Shown here: positions 9,296 through 19,770 of the stretch, in pieces
Layout: each line of letters begins with the position of its first letter
Position numbering within the stretch: position 1 is the stretch's first letter
DNA from: Thermoplasmatales archaeon
GTDB lineage: Archaea; Thermoplasmatota; Thermoplasmata; Thermoplasmatales; Thermoplasmataceae
Direction of reading: 5' to 3'
Assembly: GCA_027310185.1 (NCBI GenBank)
Contig: DAIDBH010000006.1
Coordinates: 180,860-244,859, forward strand
Length of the DNA stretch: 64,000 nucleotides
The notes under the pieces: generated by a model
The model's database searches: none
What the model was told of the DNA's origin: nothing
What the model saw: the letters and a program-made list of their open reading frames with translations, nothing else
Made by a program: the position numbers and the translations under genes

Positions 9296-10237
9296 GTGAT
9301 GGAGAACAAATACTCGCAGGTTTACAAGAAGCAGCATTATGGCCTTGTAGGAAAACATTCAGCAGTAAAGGTATGCCACTGGACAAAAAGTGAAATGACT
9401 GGTGGCGCATCCTGCTATAAGGGGACGTTTTATGGAATAAACTCACATCAATGCATTCAGATGACCCCTGCTCTCAATTCATGCACTGAAAATTGTTCAT
9501 TTTGCTGGAGATTCAATGGGTTTGACAGCATGCATATTGGGGACGAGGATGACCCGGAATTCATATTGAATGAAAGCATAAAAGCACACTTGAAATTGAT
9601 TTCAGGGTTCAAGGGTAATCCGAAGGTAACCGAAGAAAAGTGGAAGGAAGCGTCAAATCCAAAGCACATTGCCATATCACTCACGGGAGAACCCACTCTT
9701 TACACAAGGCTGGGCGAATTCATAGAGCTGGCCCATAAAAGAGGTATGTCAACCTTCCTCGTGACCAATGGAACCCTTCCGATGGTTCTTGAGAAACTTC
9801 ACCCATTACCCACCCAGCTCTATGTGACGACAGCTGGACCTGATAAGAAAACATTCAATGAACTCCTGAATCCAGCCATGGGAAATGCATGGGAAAATTT
9901 CCAGAAAACGCTTGAGCTCATGCCATCACTGGATACAAGAAAGGTTATAAGACACACACTTGTCAAGGATTTCAACATGCCATTTATTGATGAATATGCA
10001 AGGATGGATAGTATTGCGCAACCTGATTTCATAGAATCAAAGGGTTATGTACATGTTGGACAATCCATAGCAAGGCTATCTATAGATAACATGCCATCGC
10101 ATAATGATATCATGGACTTTACCGTAAAACTTGGTGAGAAGGTTGGATATGAAGTAGTTGCGGAAAGAAGGGAGAGCAGGGTATCATTGCTTGCAAAAGA
10201 TCCATCCAAGGCAAAAATAGATTTTAACAGCATTTAA
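9296..10237 (+). CDS. taw1: 4-demethylwyosine synthase TYW1/Taw1 (radical SAM)
   Basis: HSAVKVCHW, CYK..FYGI.SHQCIQMTP, CxxxCxxCWR, AISLTGEPTLY. Confidence 0.95.
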   Translation: MMENKYSQVYKKQHYGLVGKHSAVKVCHWTKSEMTGGASCYKGTFYGINSHQCIQMTPALNSCTENCSFCWRFNGFDSMHIGDEDDPEFILNESIKAHLKLISGFKGNPKVTEEKWKEASNPKHIAISLTGEPTLYTRLGEFIELAHKRGMSTFLVTNGTLPMVLEKLHPLPTQLYVTTAGPDKKTFNELLNPAMGNAWENFQKTLELMPSLDTRKVIRHTLVKDFNMPFIDEYARMDSIAQPDFIESKGYVHVGQSIARLSIDNMPSHNDIMDFTVKLGEKVGYEVVAERRESRVSLLAKDPSKAKIDFNSI

Positions 10238-10277
10238 ACACATACTTATTTTTATTCCATAAAAGAATACACTGTGG

Positions 10278-11471
10278 ATGTTAGATTATACTTTTACTGA
10301 GGAGCAGGAACTGTTGAGGACTACAGTTAGAGAATTCTGCAACAGGGAGATAAAGCCAAGAATTAAGGATATGATAAAAAACAGAAGGATTCCTTCTGAA
10401 ATTATAAAGGGAATGGCTGAACTTGGAATACTCGGAATGACCATACCTGAGAAATATGGAGGGCCAGGTTACGACGCGGTGACTGTAGGTATAGTTGCTG
10501 AGGAAATCGGAAGAGCAGATCCTACAGTTTCAATACCGGTATTTTTTCTTGTTGACAATGCATGGTCATATCTCATTTCAAAATATGGATCTGAAAGGTT
10601 AAAGACAGAATTTCTGCCAGATGTGGCTAAAGGCAGGAAGATAATTGGAATTGCATCAACAGAACCAAATTTTGGATCTGATGTTGCATCCATGACCACT
10701 GTGGCGAAAAAAAGTAGCAGAGGTTATTTGGTTAATGGTGAAAAAAGTTACATAAGCCTTGTGCGCGACATAAAGGAGATGGGAGGTGGGTACGTAACGG
10801 TAACAAAGACTGCTCCTGAGAAACCCGGTACCTCTGGAACTTCCCTCATATTCCTCCCTTATTCTGAAGGGCATTTTGATATAACCTATCTTGAAGAAAT
10901 GGGCAGAGAAGGTTCAAGCTGGGGTGCATTCAGGATAAAAGATTATGAGGTTCCCGAGCACTACCTTATAGGAAAGGAGAATGAGGGTTTCAAGATTATC
11001 CATGAGGGATTTGAATTTGCAAGAGCCCTGATTTCAGTAATAAGTGCGGGAACTGCGCTGGAATCCATAAACAGAGGAATAGAATACATGAAGCAGAGGG
11101 TGGCCTTTGGAAAACCTCTTACCAAATTCCAGGGACTCCAGTTCCAGGTCGCGGACAATGTGGCAAAAATGGAAACTGCACTGGATATGGGGTACAGGGC
11201 ATTGTGGGTATATGACCAGGAACAGAAATACCATAAGTTCACAAGATTCCAGGTAAGCAAGGAAATAGCCAAGGCCAAGCTACTCTCAACAACGTGGGGA
11301 TTTGACGCAGTGAATGATGCATTGCAATGGCAGGGAGCCTTTGGGTATTCAACAGATTGTCCCGAAGAATATTCTCTAAGGGGTATCAGATCTTTCCAGC
11401 TTGCAGAAGGCTCAAGGGAAATAATGAAACAGATCATTGCGAGAGAATCTATAGGAAAAGAATATATCTGA
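10278..11471 (+). CDS. Acyl-CoA dehydrogenase
   Basis: FTEEQELLR, TEPNFGSD, NGEKSYIS, RVAFGKPL..FQGLQF, EGSREIMK. Confidence 0.93.
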   Translation: MLDYTFTEEQELLRTTVREFCNREIKPRIKDMIKNRRIPSEIIKGMAELGILGMTIPEKYGGPGYDAVTVGIVAEEIGRADPTVSIPVFFLVDNAWSYLISKYGSERLKTEFLPDVAKGRKIIGIASTEPNFGSDVASMTTVAKKSSRGYLVNGEKSYISLVRDIKEMGGGYVTVTKTAPEKPGTSGTSLIFLPYSEGHFDITYLEEMGREGSSWGAFRIKDYEVPEHYLIGKENEGFKIIHEGFEFARALISVISAGTALESINRGIEYMKQRVAFGKPLTKFQGLQFQVADNVAKMETALDMGYRALWVYDQEQKYHKFTRFQVSKEIAKAKLLSTTWGFDAVNDALQWQGAFGYSTDCPEEYSLRGIRSFQLAEGSREIMKQIIARESIGKEYI

Positions 11472-11574
11472 AGAAATAAACCCTATTTTTAAAATCCTCT
11501 GACATGAGCAATTTCTTCACCGTGTTAAGTTCGTGGTGAGACTGTCATTAACTGAAGGAAAACTACTTCTTAAA

Positions 11575-13077
11575 TTACTGATTTTTCCTGGGTATCACAT
11601 TCCTTATAAGTAATTTTATCTGGCCAGCGGTTATTTCCTTGAAGAATAAACTCATCATCAGGTATATGAACAGACTTAACAGTATTACTGGAAACAGGAT
11701 TATGAATGAATAAGGCCTTATATAAATTGCAGAAAGTAGTAGGAGAACTCCACTTGGAAATGCTACAACTATATGAATGAGAGTGGTGGACCTTGTTCTT
11801 GTCTCGTTTATCTTCCTGAAATATTCCTTGTAGAGAAAATAAACTAGAAAATTGGCAGCCGTATAACTTATGGTGGCACCTTCAACACCAAGGGAACCCA
11901 GCCTGATTCCAAGAATGCTTGTTGGTATCAGGATTACATTTAGTATTATGTTGAGGATTATTCCACTTAATGATATCCATGCAACCATATGCTGCTTTCC
12001 CTTAGATATTATGGAACTTGAAAATGGATATGTTAATGCACCAACATATCCCCCAACTGCTATTATACTGAGTGATGTTGCATACATCAGATATCTTGCG
12101 TTGTATATATTCAGGATGAATGGAGACAGGAAGAACAGTATCATTGCAAATGGTGCTGAGATAAGCGAAAGGATTCTTTCATATTCCATTATTTTAGTGT
12201 TCTGGATCTCTTTAGTATCCTCCAGATTCCTCATGAGTAAAGGAAGAATGAAGATAGTGACAGGACCTGTAAGAGTTGCAATTATGGATATCAGTTTCTG
12301 ATCTGTGTAAAGCGCCCCTGTTGCCACGGCTCCCCAGTAGAACTGGACTATGATTTTATCAATGTTTCCATTTACGATGCCTATACTTGTTGCAAATGCC
12401 AGTGGAATTGCAAATCTTATGTACTTTTTAATCGTTTCAAATGCTGGTTTTCTGAAAATCCAGGGACGACCGTGCAACCAGAGGAGTATGATATAGATCA
12501 GGTATGAAAGACTGTACAGAGAAGCGAGTATTACTGTAATTTGTGCACCCAGAGACCCTTCGATATGAAGATAGTACAGGACTCCTATTCCGATGAAGAT
12601 GGAGTTCCTGAAAACTGACTCTATCAATCTAGGAATTGCTATGTTGTATGATTGCATATTAGCCTTGTAATAATTGTTGAAAACTGGCATGATGTTCAAT
12701 ATGGTATAGTAAGGAATGATTGCAATAATGGTCCAGAATTCTATGGGGTTCTGAAAACCTCTCCTCAATACATCTGTCCAGAAGAATAGGGAACCCAAAA
12801 CCACACCTATGTATATCAGATTCAATACCACTTTTATTACAAGATATGCACCCATATCCTCTGCCTTGTCACCTTGGCCAGATATGAATTTTACATATGT
12901 TGTATTGAAACCAAGGTCCGTAACTAATGAAAAAAGAGCACCAAACGCAAGAGCATAACTGAGATATCCCCAGTAGACTGGACCTATGTAACGGTTTATG
13001 AAAAAAAGTGCAATATATCCTAATAGTGAAGAAATAAAGGTTTGAAAAAATATAGCTGGAGATTTATTAGAGAGCAA
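11575..13077 (-). CDS. MOP-family oligosaccharide flippase / polysaccharide export protein
   Basis: DLGF motif, IDKI, NIILNVILIP...GVEGA; about 14 TM helices. Confidence 0.85.
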   Translation of the reverse strand: MLSNKSPAIFFQTFISSLLGYIALFFINRYIGPVYWGYLSYALAFGALFSLVTDLGFNTTYVKFISGQGDKAEDMGAYLVIKVVLNLIYIGVVLGSLFFWTDVLRRGFQNPIEFWTIIAIIPYYTILNIMPVFNNYYKANMQSYNIAIPRLIESVFRNSIFIGIGVLYYLHIEGSLGAQITVILASLYSLSYLIYIILLWLHGRPWIFRKPAFETIKKYIRFAIPLAFATSIGIVNGNIDKIIVQFYWGAVATGALYTDQKLISIIATLTGPVTIFILPLLMRNLEDTKEIQNTKIMEYERILSLISAPFAMILFFLSPFILNIYNARYLMYATSLSIIAVGGYVGALTYPFSSSIISKGKQHMVAWISLSGIILNIILNVILIPTSILGIRLGSLGVEGATISYTAANFLVYFLYKEYFRKINETRTRSTTLIHIVVAFPSGVLLLLSAIYIRPYSFIILFPVILLSLFIYLMMSLFFKEITAGQIKLLIRNVIPRKNQ

Positions 13078-13116
13078 TTTAGCGTATATTAAAAGGTTGT
13101 ATTAATAGTTTAAAGA

Positions 13117-14745
13117 TTAATCTTCCCCGCCCATTCCGCCGGGTGCTCCGCCTGGAGGTGAGGCGCTGCCTGATCCCTTTGTTGCAATGACATCATCTAT
13201 TCTCAGGATCATCACGGCTGCTTCAGTTGCTGCATCAATTGCCTGCCTTCCAACTCTGATAGGCTCAATGATTCCTGCTTTTGTCATATCCTCTATTTCT
13301 CCTGTATAGAGATTGAGGCCGTATGATACCTTTCCCTTTGCATGAGCGGTCCTCAGGTTAATCAGTATATCTATTGCATTTATACCAGCATTTTCAGCAA
13401 GTGCTCTTGGTATCTCTTCCATTGCATTTGCAAATTTCTCTATGGCGAGCTGCTGCCTGCCTCCAACCTGAGTTGCATAATCCCTCATCTTTACGGCAAT
13501 CTCAACAGCTGATGCTCCACCACCAGCAACATATTTACCATCTTCAATTACTGCTGCAACAACATGTATAGAATCGACCATTGATCTTTCGATTTCATCA
13601 ACAACGTGCTCAGTTCCTCCTCTGATGAGAAGACTCACTGCCTTTGGATTCTTGCATCCTGTAACGAAGGTCATGTAGTCGTCTCCGATCTTTACCTGTT
13701 CCACTGATGCAGCGTTTCCCAGATCTGAGGATGATAGTTCATCAACGGATGAAGCGATTGATGCACCGGTAGCCTTTGATAACTTCTCAATGTCGCTCTT
13801 CTTGACTCTCCTCACTGCATAGATTCCTTCCTTTGAAAGGTAATGCTGAGCCAGGTCGTCAATTCCTTTCTGCGTGATGAGAACATTTGCACCTGTTTCC
13901 TTAACTTTCCTGACCATTTCCTTGAGCATCTGTTCTTCCTGAGAAAGAAACTTCTGGATCATGGTTGGGTCATCAATCTTCAGATTTGTGTCAAATTCTG
14001 GTTTCTTGATTTCCAGTGCTGCGTCCATAACGGCGATCTTTGCGTTCTTCACTTCATCTGGCATGCCAGGATGAACTTTCTCCTTATCAACAATTATACC
14101 GTATATGAGTTCAGTATCGTCAATGTCTCCTCCCTGCTTCTTGACAATCTGGACATTGTCCATGTCTACCTTGTATCCATCTTCGGTCTTCTCTGCTACA
14201 GCCTTTATTGTTTCGTATGATATGTCAGCCAACTTGACTTTGCTCCCTGTTGCAGACTTGCTGCTTAGGGAGGTTTCTGCCATCTTAACGATCTTTGCCT
14301 TATCGTCAATCTTCACTGGGGTACTGGCAGCTTCCAGAATATCCTTGGCTTTCTGGGCAGCCATTCTGTATCCCTCTGCAATAACTGTTGGATGGACATT
14401 CTGGTTTATCAGTGATTCAGCTTCCTGAAGTAATGCACCAGCTATTATAACTGCTGTTGTTGTTCCATCTCCAACCATTGAATCCTGTGTCTTTGATACT
14501 TCAACCATCATTTTTGCTGCTGGGTGTTCTACATCCATTTCCTTCAGAATTGTGACTCCATCGTTTGTTATGACGATATCTCCAAGTGAATCTACAAGCA
14601 TCTTGTCCATTCCTCTTGGGCCCAGACTTGTTCTTACTGCTGCAGCGATACCCTTTGCAGCGTCAATATTGGCCTTCATCGCGTCTCTTCCGGTTTCTCT
14701 TTTGGAACCTTCTTTTAATATGAATATTGGTTGTCCTCCCATCAT
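13117..14745 (-). CDS. thsB: Thermosome (group II chaperonin) beta subunit
   Basis: Start [31 protein letters not shown] tail; N-terminus matches the beta type. Confidence 0.93.
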   Translation of the reverse strand: MMGGQPIFILKEGSKRETGRDAMKANIDAAKGIAAAVRTSLGPRGMDKMLVDSLGDIVITNDGVTILKEMDVEHPAAKMMVEVSKTQDSMVGDGTTTAVIIAGALLQEAESLINQNVHPTVIAEGYRMAAQKAKDILEAASTPVKIDDKAKIVKMAETSLSSKSATGSKVKLADISYETIKAVAEKTEDGYKVDMDNVQIVKKQGGDIDDTELIYGIIVDKEKVHPGMPDEVKNAKIAVMDAALEIKKPEFDTNLKIDDPTMIQKFLSQEEQMLKEMVRKVKETGANVLITQKGIDDLAQHYLSKEGIYAVRRVKKSDIEKLSKATGASIASSVDELSSSDLGNAASVEQVKIGDDYMTFVTGCKNPKAVSLLIRGGTEHVVDEIERSMVDSIHVVAAVIEDGKYVAGGGASAVEIAVKMRDYATQVGGRQQLAIEKFANAMEEIPRALAENAGINAIDILINLRTAHAKGKVSYGLNLYTGEIEDMTKAGIIEPIRVGRQAIDAATEAAVMILRIDDVIATKGSGSASPPGGAPGGMGGED

Positions 14746-14887
14746 TGTAATCACATAGTAAAAATAAACTTCTATATAAACATTTTTAGAATTATACTGT
14801 TTATTTAACATAAGGTTAGTATCATGAAAAACAGAATTCACATTATATATTGCAGATACAAGACTTGAAAAAGATAATTTATCTCCA

Positions 14888-15376
14888 ATGCATAATGACA
14901 GTATGGCTGCCAGAAATGAAACAGCAGTGAGCATACTTCTGAGTCATAATCAAATACTCCTCCTGAAAAGAAAGGCCAGATCAGATGATCCGTGGTCAGG
15001 AGATATGTGCTTTCCTGGTGGATTCGTCAAGGAGGGGGAAACACCATATATGGCATCATTGAGGGAACTTAGGGAGGAGACGGGAATAGAACAACACTTT
15101 GTCTCCTTTCAATTTGAACATAAGGTATTCCATCCTGTGAGATCATCATCAATAAACGTACATCCGTTCGTATATTTGTGTAAGGAGATTATGCCAATCA
15201 ATCCAGATTCAGAAATTGAAAGAGGTGGGTGGTATATGCTTGGATCAGAAGTGAAATCGCATGATGAGAGGATGGGTGACTATATCAAATGGAATGGAGA
15301 TATCATATGGGGACTCACTTTCAGGATATACGACAGCCTGAAGGAAATTCTATACGAAATGGGTAGAAAAGACTGA
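14888..15376 (+). CDS. Nudix hydrolase, CoA-pyrophosphatase-like
   Basis: DPWSGDMCFPGG...RELREETG Nudix box; IIWGLT. Confidence 0.88.
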   Translation: MHNDSMAARNETAVSILLSHNQILLLKRKARSDDPWSGDMCFPGGFVKEGETPYMASLRELREETGIEQHFVSFQFEHKVFHPVRSSSINVHPFVYLCKEIMPINPDSEIERGGWYMLGSEVKSHDERMGDYIKWNGDIIWGLTFRIYDSLKEILYEMGRKD

Positions 15377-15408
15377 CTGTGATCATCTTTATTTGACTTC
15401 CGCTAAGT

Positions 15409-16404
15409 TTACTGCTCCTCACTGGTGATAAATGTTCCCCTTATGGTTGGCTTTACCCTGACCACAAAATCGGAAAGTCCCATGAGAGAACGTTGCAGTT
15501 CCCATAATCTATCAGGTTTACCAATTGCCAGTACAAATCCCTGGTTCCCTCCTCCGAGAAGACGTGCACAGTCTGCACCGCTTTTCAGGGCAGTGCTTAT
15601 TATGTTATTCACCGCACTGCTTGTAACCTTTTCACTCAGTGTCTTCTTCACATTCCATCCCTCGTTGATCAGTTCCGTGAATGTTATGTAATCTTCTTCC
15701 TGCACTGATTTTACAAGTCTGGCTGTCAGATCACTTATCTTCTGCAGCTTCTCGATTGTTCCTGAATCATTCTTTGATGACTTTTCAACCTGGTTCTTCA
15801 AAACCTCGGAACTTTCCCTTGTGCCTCCAGTGTAACATATGAGCATTCCTTCACCGATCCTATCCAGGAATTCGTTTCCCTCAAATTTTTTTACCTTGAT
15901 ATCAATTCCGTCAGATTCCATGTACTTGAATCCTCCAAGAGATATGGCGTATGGATCCTGAATGCCGAGGGTTATTCCAAAGAAATTCCTCTCCTTTTCA
16001 TATGAAACCCTTGCAAGTTGCATCGGGTCTTCGTATTCATTCCTGATCTCCAGGATGATCCTCATCAGTGCGGTGATCATTGCGCTTGATGAAGCAAGGC
16101 CTGAACCTGGCGGTACCTCCCCATTTATATAGATCTTTCCATTCTTAATCCCATAATCTGATAGAAGGTCCAGGATCTTGTTCTGGAAGCTTTTGCCATG
16201 CCCATTTCCCATTATAACAGTTTTGAGGAAGTCTCTTGATGATACCTCCAGGGGATAACTGTCAGGTGTATAGATCACCTGTACACCATGATCTATGGTG
16301 GTGTTGAATACCCTGCTTCCATGCTGTTCAAGGAAAGGGGAAATATCCGTGCCACCGCCAAGAAAACTCACCCTCAGAGGACTGTATGAGACTAACCTTT
16401 TCAC
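15409..16404 (-). CDS. GHMP sugar kinase (HddA heptose-7-phosphate kinase-like)
   Basis: PLRVSFLGGGTD, PPGSGLASSSA, GIQD.YA..LGG, GGGNQGF. Confidence 0.85.
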   Translation of the reverse strand: MKRLVSYSPLRVSFLGGGTDISPFLEQHGSRVFNTTIDHGVQVIYTPDSYPLEVSSRDFLKTVIMGNGHGKSFQNKILDLLSDYGIKNGKIYINGEVPPGSGLASSSAMITALMRIILEIRNEYEDPMQLARVSYEKERNFFGITLGIQDPYAISLGGFKYMESDGIDIKVKKFEGNEFLDRIGEGMLICYTGGTRESSEVLKNQVEKSSKNDSGTIEKLQKISDLTARLVKSVQEEDYITFTELINEGWNVKKTLSEKVTSSAVNNIISTALKSGADCARLLGGGNQGFVLAIGKPDRLWELQRSLMGLSDFVVRVKPTIRGTFITSEEQ

Positions 16405-16481
16405 TTCAGGAAATTTCTTTCTGATATATTGAAATGATCTATGGAAGAAATTATTAACCAGTCAAGCAATGCTGAAATTAA

Positions 16482-17828
16482 ATGGGCATATTGAATGAAG
16501 AACTCAGACCTAAGACATTCGACCAGGTTTTTCTCATAAAGGAGGATAGAGCTAAAATACAGGCATGGGCTGATTCATGGGATAATGGCAAACCGGAGAA
16601 GAGAGGTCTCATACTTGCAGGACCACCAGGACTGGGAAAGACTTCCATAGCATATGCTCTTTCCAACAGCAAGGGCTGGGATATTATTGAGATAAATGGA
16701 TCGGAGGGGAGAACCGAAGATTTCATTAAACGAACCATTGGAATGTTTTCCCTCTACAAGGACCTTACGTGGGATGACGCAGAAGGGAGCAGGAAAAAAG
16801 CAGGGCTCATTGATGAAGCGGACAATATCTATGAAAGGAGTACAAAGGGGGGAACTGGTGAAAGTGGAGGATACAAAGCGATTGTGGATATCCTGAGGAA
16901 CACCTCCATTCCCATAATCATCACGATGAATGATTTTGCTAATTTCCGTTACAGGAAAGGAACAAATGCTGCGACCATAATCAACCTGTGCGAAGTTGTG
17001 GAAATAAAGAAGATATTTTCAAGGAAAGGAGGTACAGAGTATAGGAACATTGTAACGACCCTCTCTTCAAGAATAATAGAAACTAGCGGGAAGCTAGGAC
17101 TCAAGCCCCAGAAAGTGACACTGGAAAAAATCATTGAAGGAGATTTGCCGGATATAAGGGCTTCAATAAATGATGCGGAAGCCTATGTATTCTCACAGTC
17201 TGACTCTCTTATAAGTGCCGGAAACAGGGATGAACAGTCGATTATTTGGGACACTCTTTCTGGAATATTTCACAGGGACAGCTATTCAGATAATGTTACC
17301 CTTATAGACAACTCAGATTCGGACTCGGGTCAGATTCTTCTCTGGATATCCCAGAATGTTTTTTCCCAGGCAAAAAATCTTGAAAGCGCTCTTGATGCTT
17401 TCGATTACGTATCGGTGATTGACCAGATGGACTGGTTTGCACACAGGCATAATTACTACAGAATGCTTGTTTATGTGAAAGATCTTGAGGCATTGTTTGC
17501 AACGAGATTTAAGGGCAAAACTGGTGTGTTCATTCCATTCAAGTTCTCGAACTACCTGAGCCAGATGAGCAAAACAAAAAAGAGCAGGGGGGCGAGGAAC
17601 CAGGTTGCACAGGACCTTTCAAAAATATTGCATATCTCAAGGGAAGAGGCTTATGAAATGAGGGGAGTTTTGAAAGTTATGTCAAGGTTGAGAAAGGGAT
17701 TCCAGAGTGAGCTTGTGAATTACATAAACACTGAAATTGAAAAACATAATTCTATGTTTGTTTCTGGCGGAAATTTCAAGGAGATAGAACCCCTTGATCT
17801 AAATGATCTGGAGATGTTCATCGATTAG
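16482..17828 (+). CDS. rfcL: Replication factor C large subunit
   Basis: EELRPKT, GPPGLGKT, IEINGS, IDEAD, DIRASIND. Confidence 0.9.
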   Translation: MGILNEELRPKTFDQVFLIKEDRAKIQAWADSWDNGKPEKRGLILAGPPGLGKTSIAYALSNSKGWDIIEINGSEGRTEDFIKRTIGMFSLYKDLTWDDAEGSRKKAGLIDEADNIYERSTKGGTGESGGYKAIVDILRNTSIPIIITMNDFANFRYRKGTNAATIINLCEVVEIKKIFSRKGGTEYRNIVTTLSSRIIETSGKLGLKPQKVTLEKIIEGDLPDIRASINDAEAYVFSQSDSLISAGNRDEQSIIWDTLSGIFHRDSYSDNVTLIDNSDSDSGQILLWISQNVFSQAKNLESALDAFDYVSVIDQMDWFAHRHNYYRMLVYVKDLEALFATRFKGKTGVFIPFKFSNYLSQMSKTKKSRGARNQVAQDLSKILHISREEAYEMRGVLKVMSRLRKGFQSELVNYINTEIEKHNSMFVSGGNFKEIEPLDLNDLEMFID

Positions 17829-18083
17829 TGTTGTCATTTTTCTCTTGCATTTCTTTATTGTTCCACTGACCGTTATTATCTTGACCCCCTTGATTCTCTG
17901 TTCTACAAAAGTGCATAGCTGATCCTTGAGGAACTGGTCAGTCTTGATGATAATGAAGGAGCTGTCCCTGAATTTTTCCCTTGTGTTGAAAATCCTCCTG
18001 CATTCCATTGAAAGGTAATCTGCTGATTTCATTTCTGAAAACTCTATGAGAACATATCTTTTTCTGTAGGGAGACCCTTTCAC
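17799..18083 (-). CDS. RNase P protein Pop5/Rpp14 family
   Basis: RKRYVLIEF near N-terminus; TVSGTIKK near C-terminus; GTG start proposed at 18083. Confidence 0.8.
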   Translation of the reverse strand: MKGSPYRKRYVLIEFSEMKSADYLSMECRRIFNTREKFRDSSFIIIKTDQFLKDQLCTFVEQRIKGVKIITVSGTIKKCKRKMTTLIDEHLQII

Positions 18084-18248
18084 GTTTCCACATATCAAAA
18101 TATTTAAAAATGCTTTTGATTGTTTACCTCATTTACTAAACGGAATCGTGTAATCTGGTTAGCTGAAATAGAATTTAGATCTACAATTACCATAAAATTA
18201 TTTATTATAGCTTCATATCACCATTACATTACTTAAGGGTAGAAAGAA

Positions 18249-18845
18249 ATGGTTAATCATTCAAATCTATATGGCAAAATCGCAGAAACGTGGAAGAATC
18301 CAAAGAAGTCTGAAATCCTGTTGTTTCAGAGGGAAAGGATGATAGACTGGAGGAAAGGAAATTCCATAGAAAGACTGGAACATCCAACCAGACTGGATAG
18401 GGCAAGATCACTTGGATATAAGGCAAAGATCGGATATATAGTAGTAAGATCAAGAGTCAGAAGAGGAGGGTCCAACAGACCTAAAATAATGGGAGGAAGG
18501 AGACCGAGAAGACTGGCATACAGCAAGCTCACAAGAAAAAAGAGCATCCAGTGGATTGCAGAGGAAAGAGCTGCAGATAAATATCCGAATACTGAAGTTC
18601 TGAACTCCTATTACGTGGGTGAAGACGGGTTCTACAAGTATTATGAGATAATTCTAGTAGATAAAAACCAGCCAACGATCTACAAGGACAACAGAATTTC
18701 ATGGATCTCAGAACCACAGAACAAGGGCAGGGTTTACAGGGGTCTCACTTCAGCAGGTTACAAGGGTAGAGGGCTGAGGACTGGAAGACAGGGATCAGCA
18801 AAAAGCAGACCCTCAATAAGGGCAAATGACAGACTGAGAAGATAA
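18249..18845 (+). CDS. rpl15e: 50S ribosomal protein L15e
   Basis: [34 protein letters not shown]. Confidence 0.97.
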   Translation: MVNHSNLYGKIAETWKNPKKSEILLFQRERMIDWRKGNSIERLEHPTRLDRARSLGYKAKIGYIVVRSRVRRGGSNRPKIMGGRRPRRLAYSKLTRKKSIQWIAEERAADKYPNTEVLNSYYVGEDGFYKYYEIILVDKNQPTIYKDNRISWISEPQNKGRVYRGLTSAGYKGRGLRTGRQGSAKSRPSIRANDRLRR

Positions 18846-18912
18846 GATATTTTCTCAGTTCTTGATCTTGCAGTATATTGTTTGCATTTGAATTGATTTA
18901 ACATACAGATTT

Positions 18913-18994
18913 GCCGGGGTGGCCCAGTGGTACGGCGCCAGACTTGAGATCTGGTTCCCTTTGTGGATCGGGAGTTCGAATCTCTCTCCCGGCG
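18913..18994 (+). tRNA. tRNA-Ser(TGA)
   Basis: Acceptor GCCGGGG/TCCCGGC, anticodon arm CCAGA-CTTGAGA-TCTGG, long variable arm, TTCGAAT loop, discriminator G; followed by a T-run. Confidence 0.93.
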
Positions 18995-19069
18995 CTTTTT
19001 AAGGCATTATGTCATTATTGAATTTTTAGTGATCGAATCGTTTATAATGGAAGTTGTGGTTAATTTAAG

Positions 19070-19642
19070 ATGAAGCATAGGAACCCATTGAGCGAAAAGG
19101 AAAAAATGATCTCCGGGGAATTATACCGTTCGAGCGATGCCCAGCTTATTGAAGAAAGAATGAGGGCAAGAACCATACTGAATGAATTCAACATAATTCC
19201 AGTAGGTAATGCTTCCAGAAGAATTCAAATCCTTGAAGCCTTTTTTGGAAAGGTAGGAAAAAATCCCTATATTGAACCTATTTTTTACTGTGACTATGGC
19301 TACAATATTGAGATTGGAGATGAGTTTTATGCAAATTATAACTGTGTTATACTGGATGTCTGCAGGGTGACCATAGGAAGAAATGCTCTTCTCGGACCTT
19401 CTGTCCATATATATACGGCATCTCACCCACTGGAAAGTCAAAAAAGAATAAGTGGACTGGAGCTGGGAAAACCAGTGACCATAGGTGATGACGTATGGAT
19501 TGGAGGTGGTGCCATAATAAATCCGGGAATCAGTATTGGAAACAGATCCGTAATTGCTTCTGGTTCTGTGGTTACGAGAAATGTCCCTCCAGATGTATTA
19601 GTGGGAGGAAATCCAGCAAGACTTATAAAAAAAGTTTCCTGA
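19070..19642 (+). CDS. maa: Maltose/sugar O-acetyltransferase (hexapeptide repeat)
   Basis: EKEKMISGELY, FYCDYGYNI, IGDDVWIGGGAIINPG, GGNPAR. Confidence 0.9.
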   Translation: MKHRNPLSEKEKMISGELYRSSDAQLIEERMRARTILNEFNIIPVGNASRRIQILEAFFGKVGKNPYIEPIFYCDYGYNIEIGDEFYANYNCVILDVCRVTIGRNALLGPSVHIYTASHPLESQKRISGLELGKPVTIGDDVWIGGGAIINPGISIGNRSVIASGSVVTRNVPPDVLVGGNPARLIKKVS

Positions 19643-19770
19643 CATCCTCTCCATGCTAAAGTATCGGAGGTTCCTGATTCATAGAGTGGCAACTCGTAGA
19701 CCTCCTTTTGAGAGTTCCGCTGCTGTAGCACTTTCCACAGGCGTGAATTTGGACATGTCCTGTCCTATTT
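19639..19770 (-). ncRNA. Predicted omegaRNA/reRNA scaffold of TnpB (overlaps tnpB 3' end and right end)
   Basis: GGACA..TGTCC hairpin, TTCA/TGAA and CCTG/CAGG pairings, terminal hairpin; position as known for TnpB reRNAs; 5' boundary approximate. Confidence 0.7.

Noticed and set aside
14746-14934. N-terminal extensions on thermosome (also ppa, rmlA, gcvH, queC, RPA)
   Set aside because: Longest-ORF artefacts; conserved N-termini begin at downstream starts
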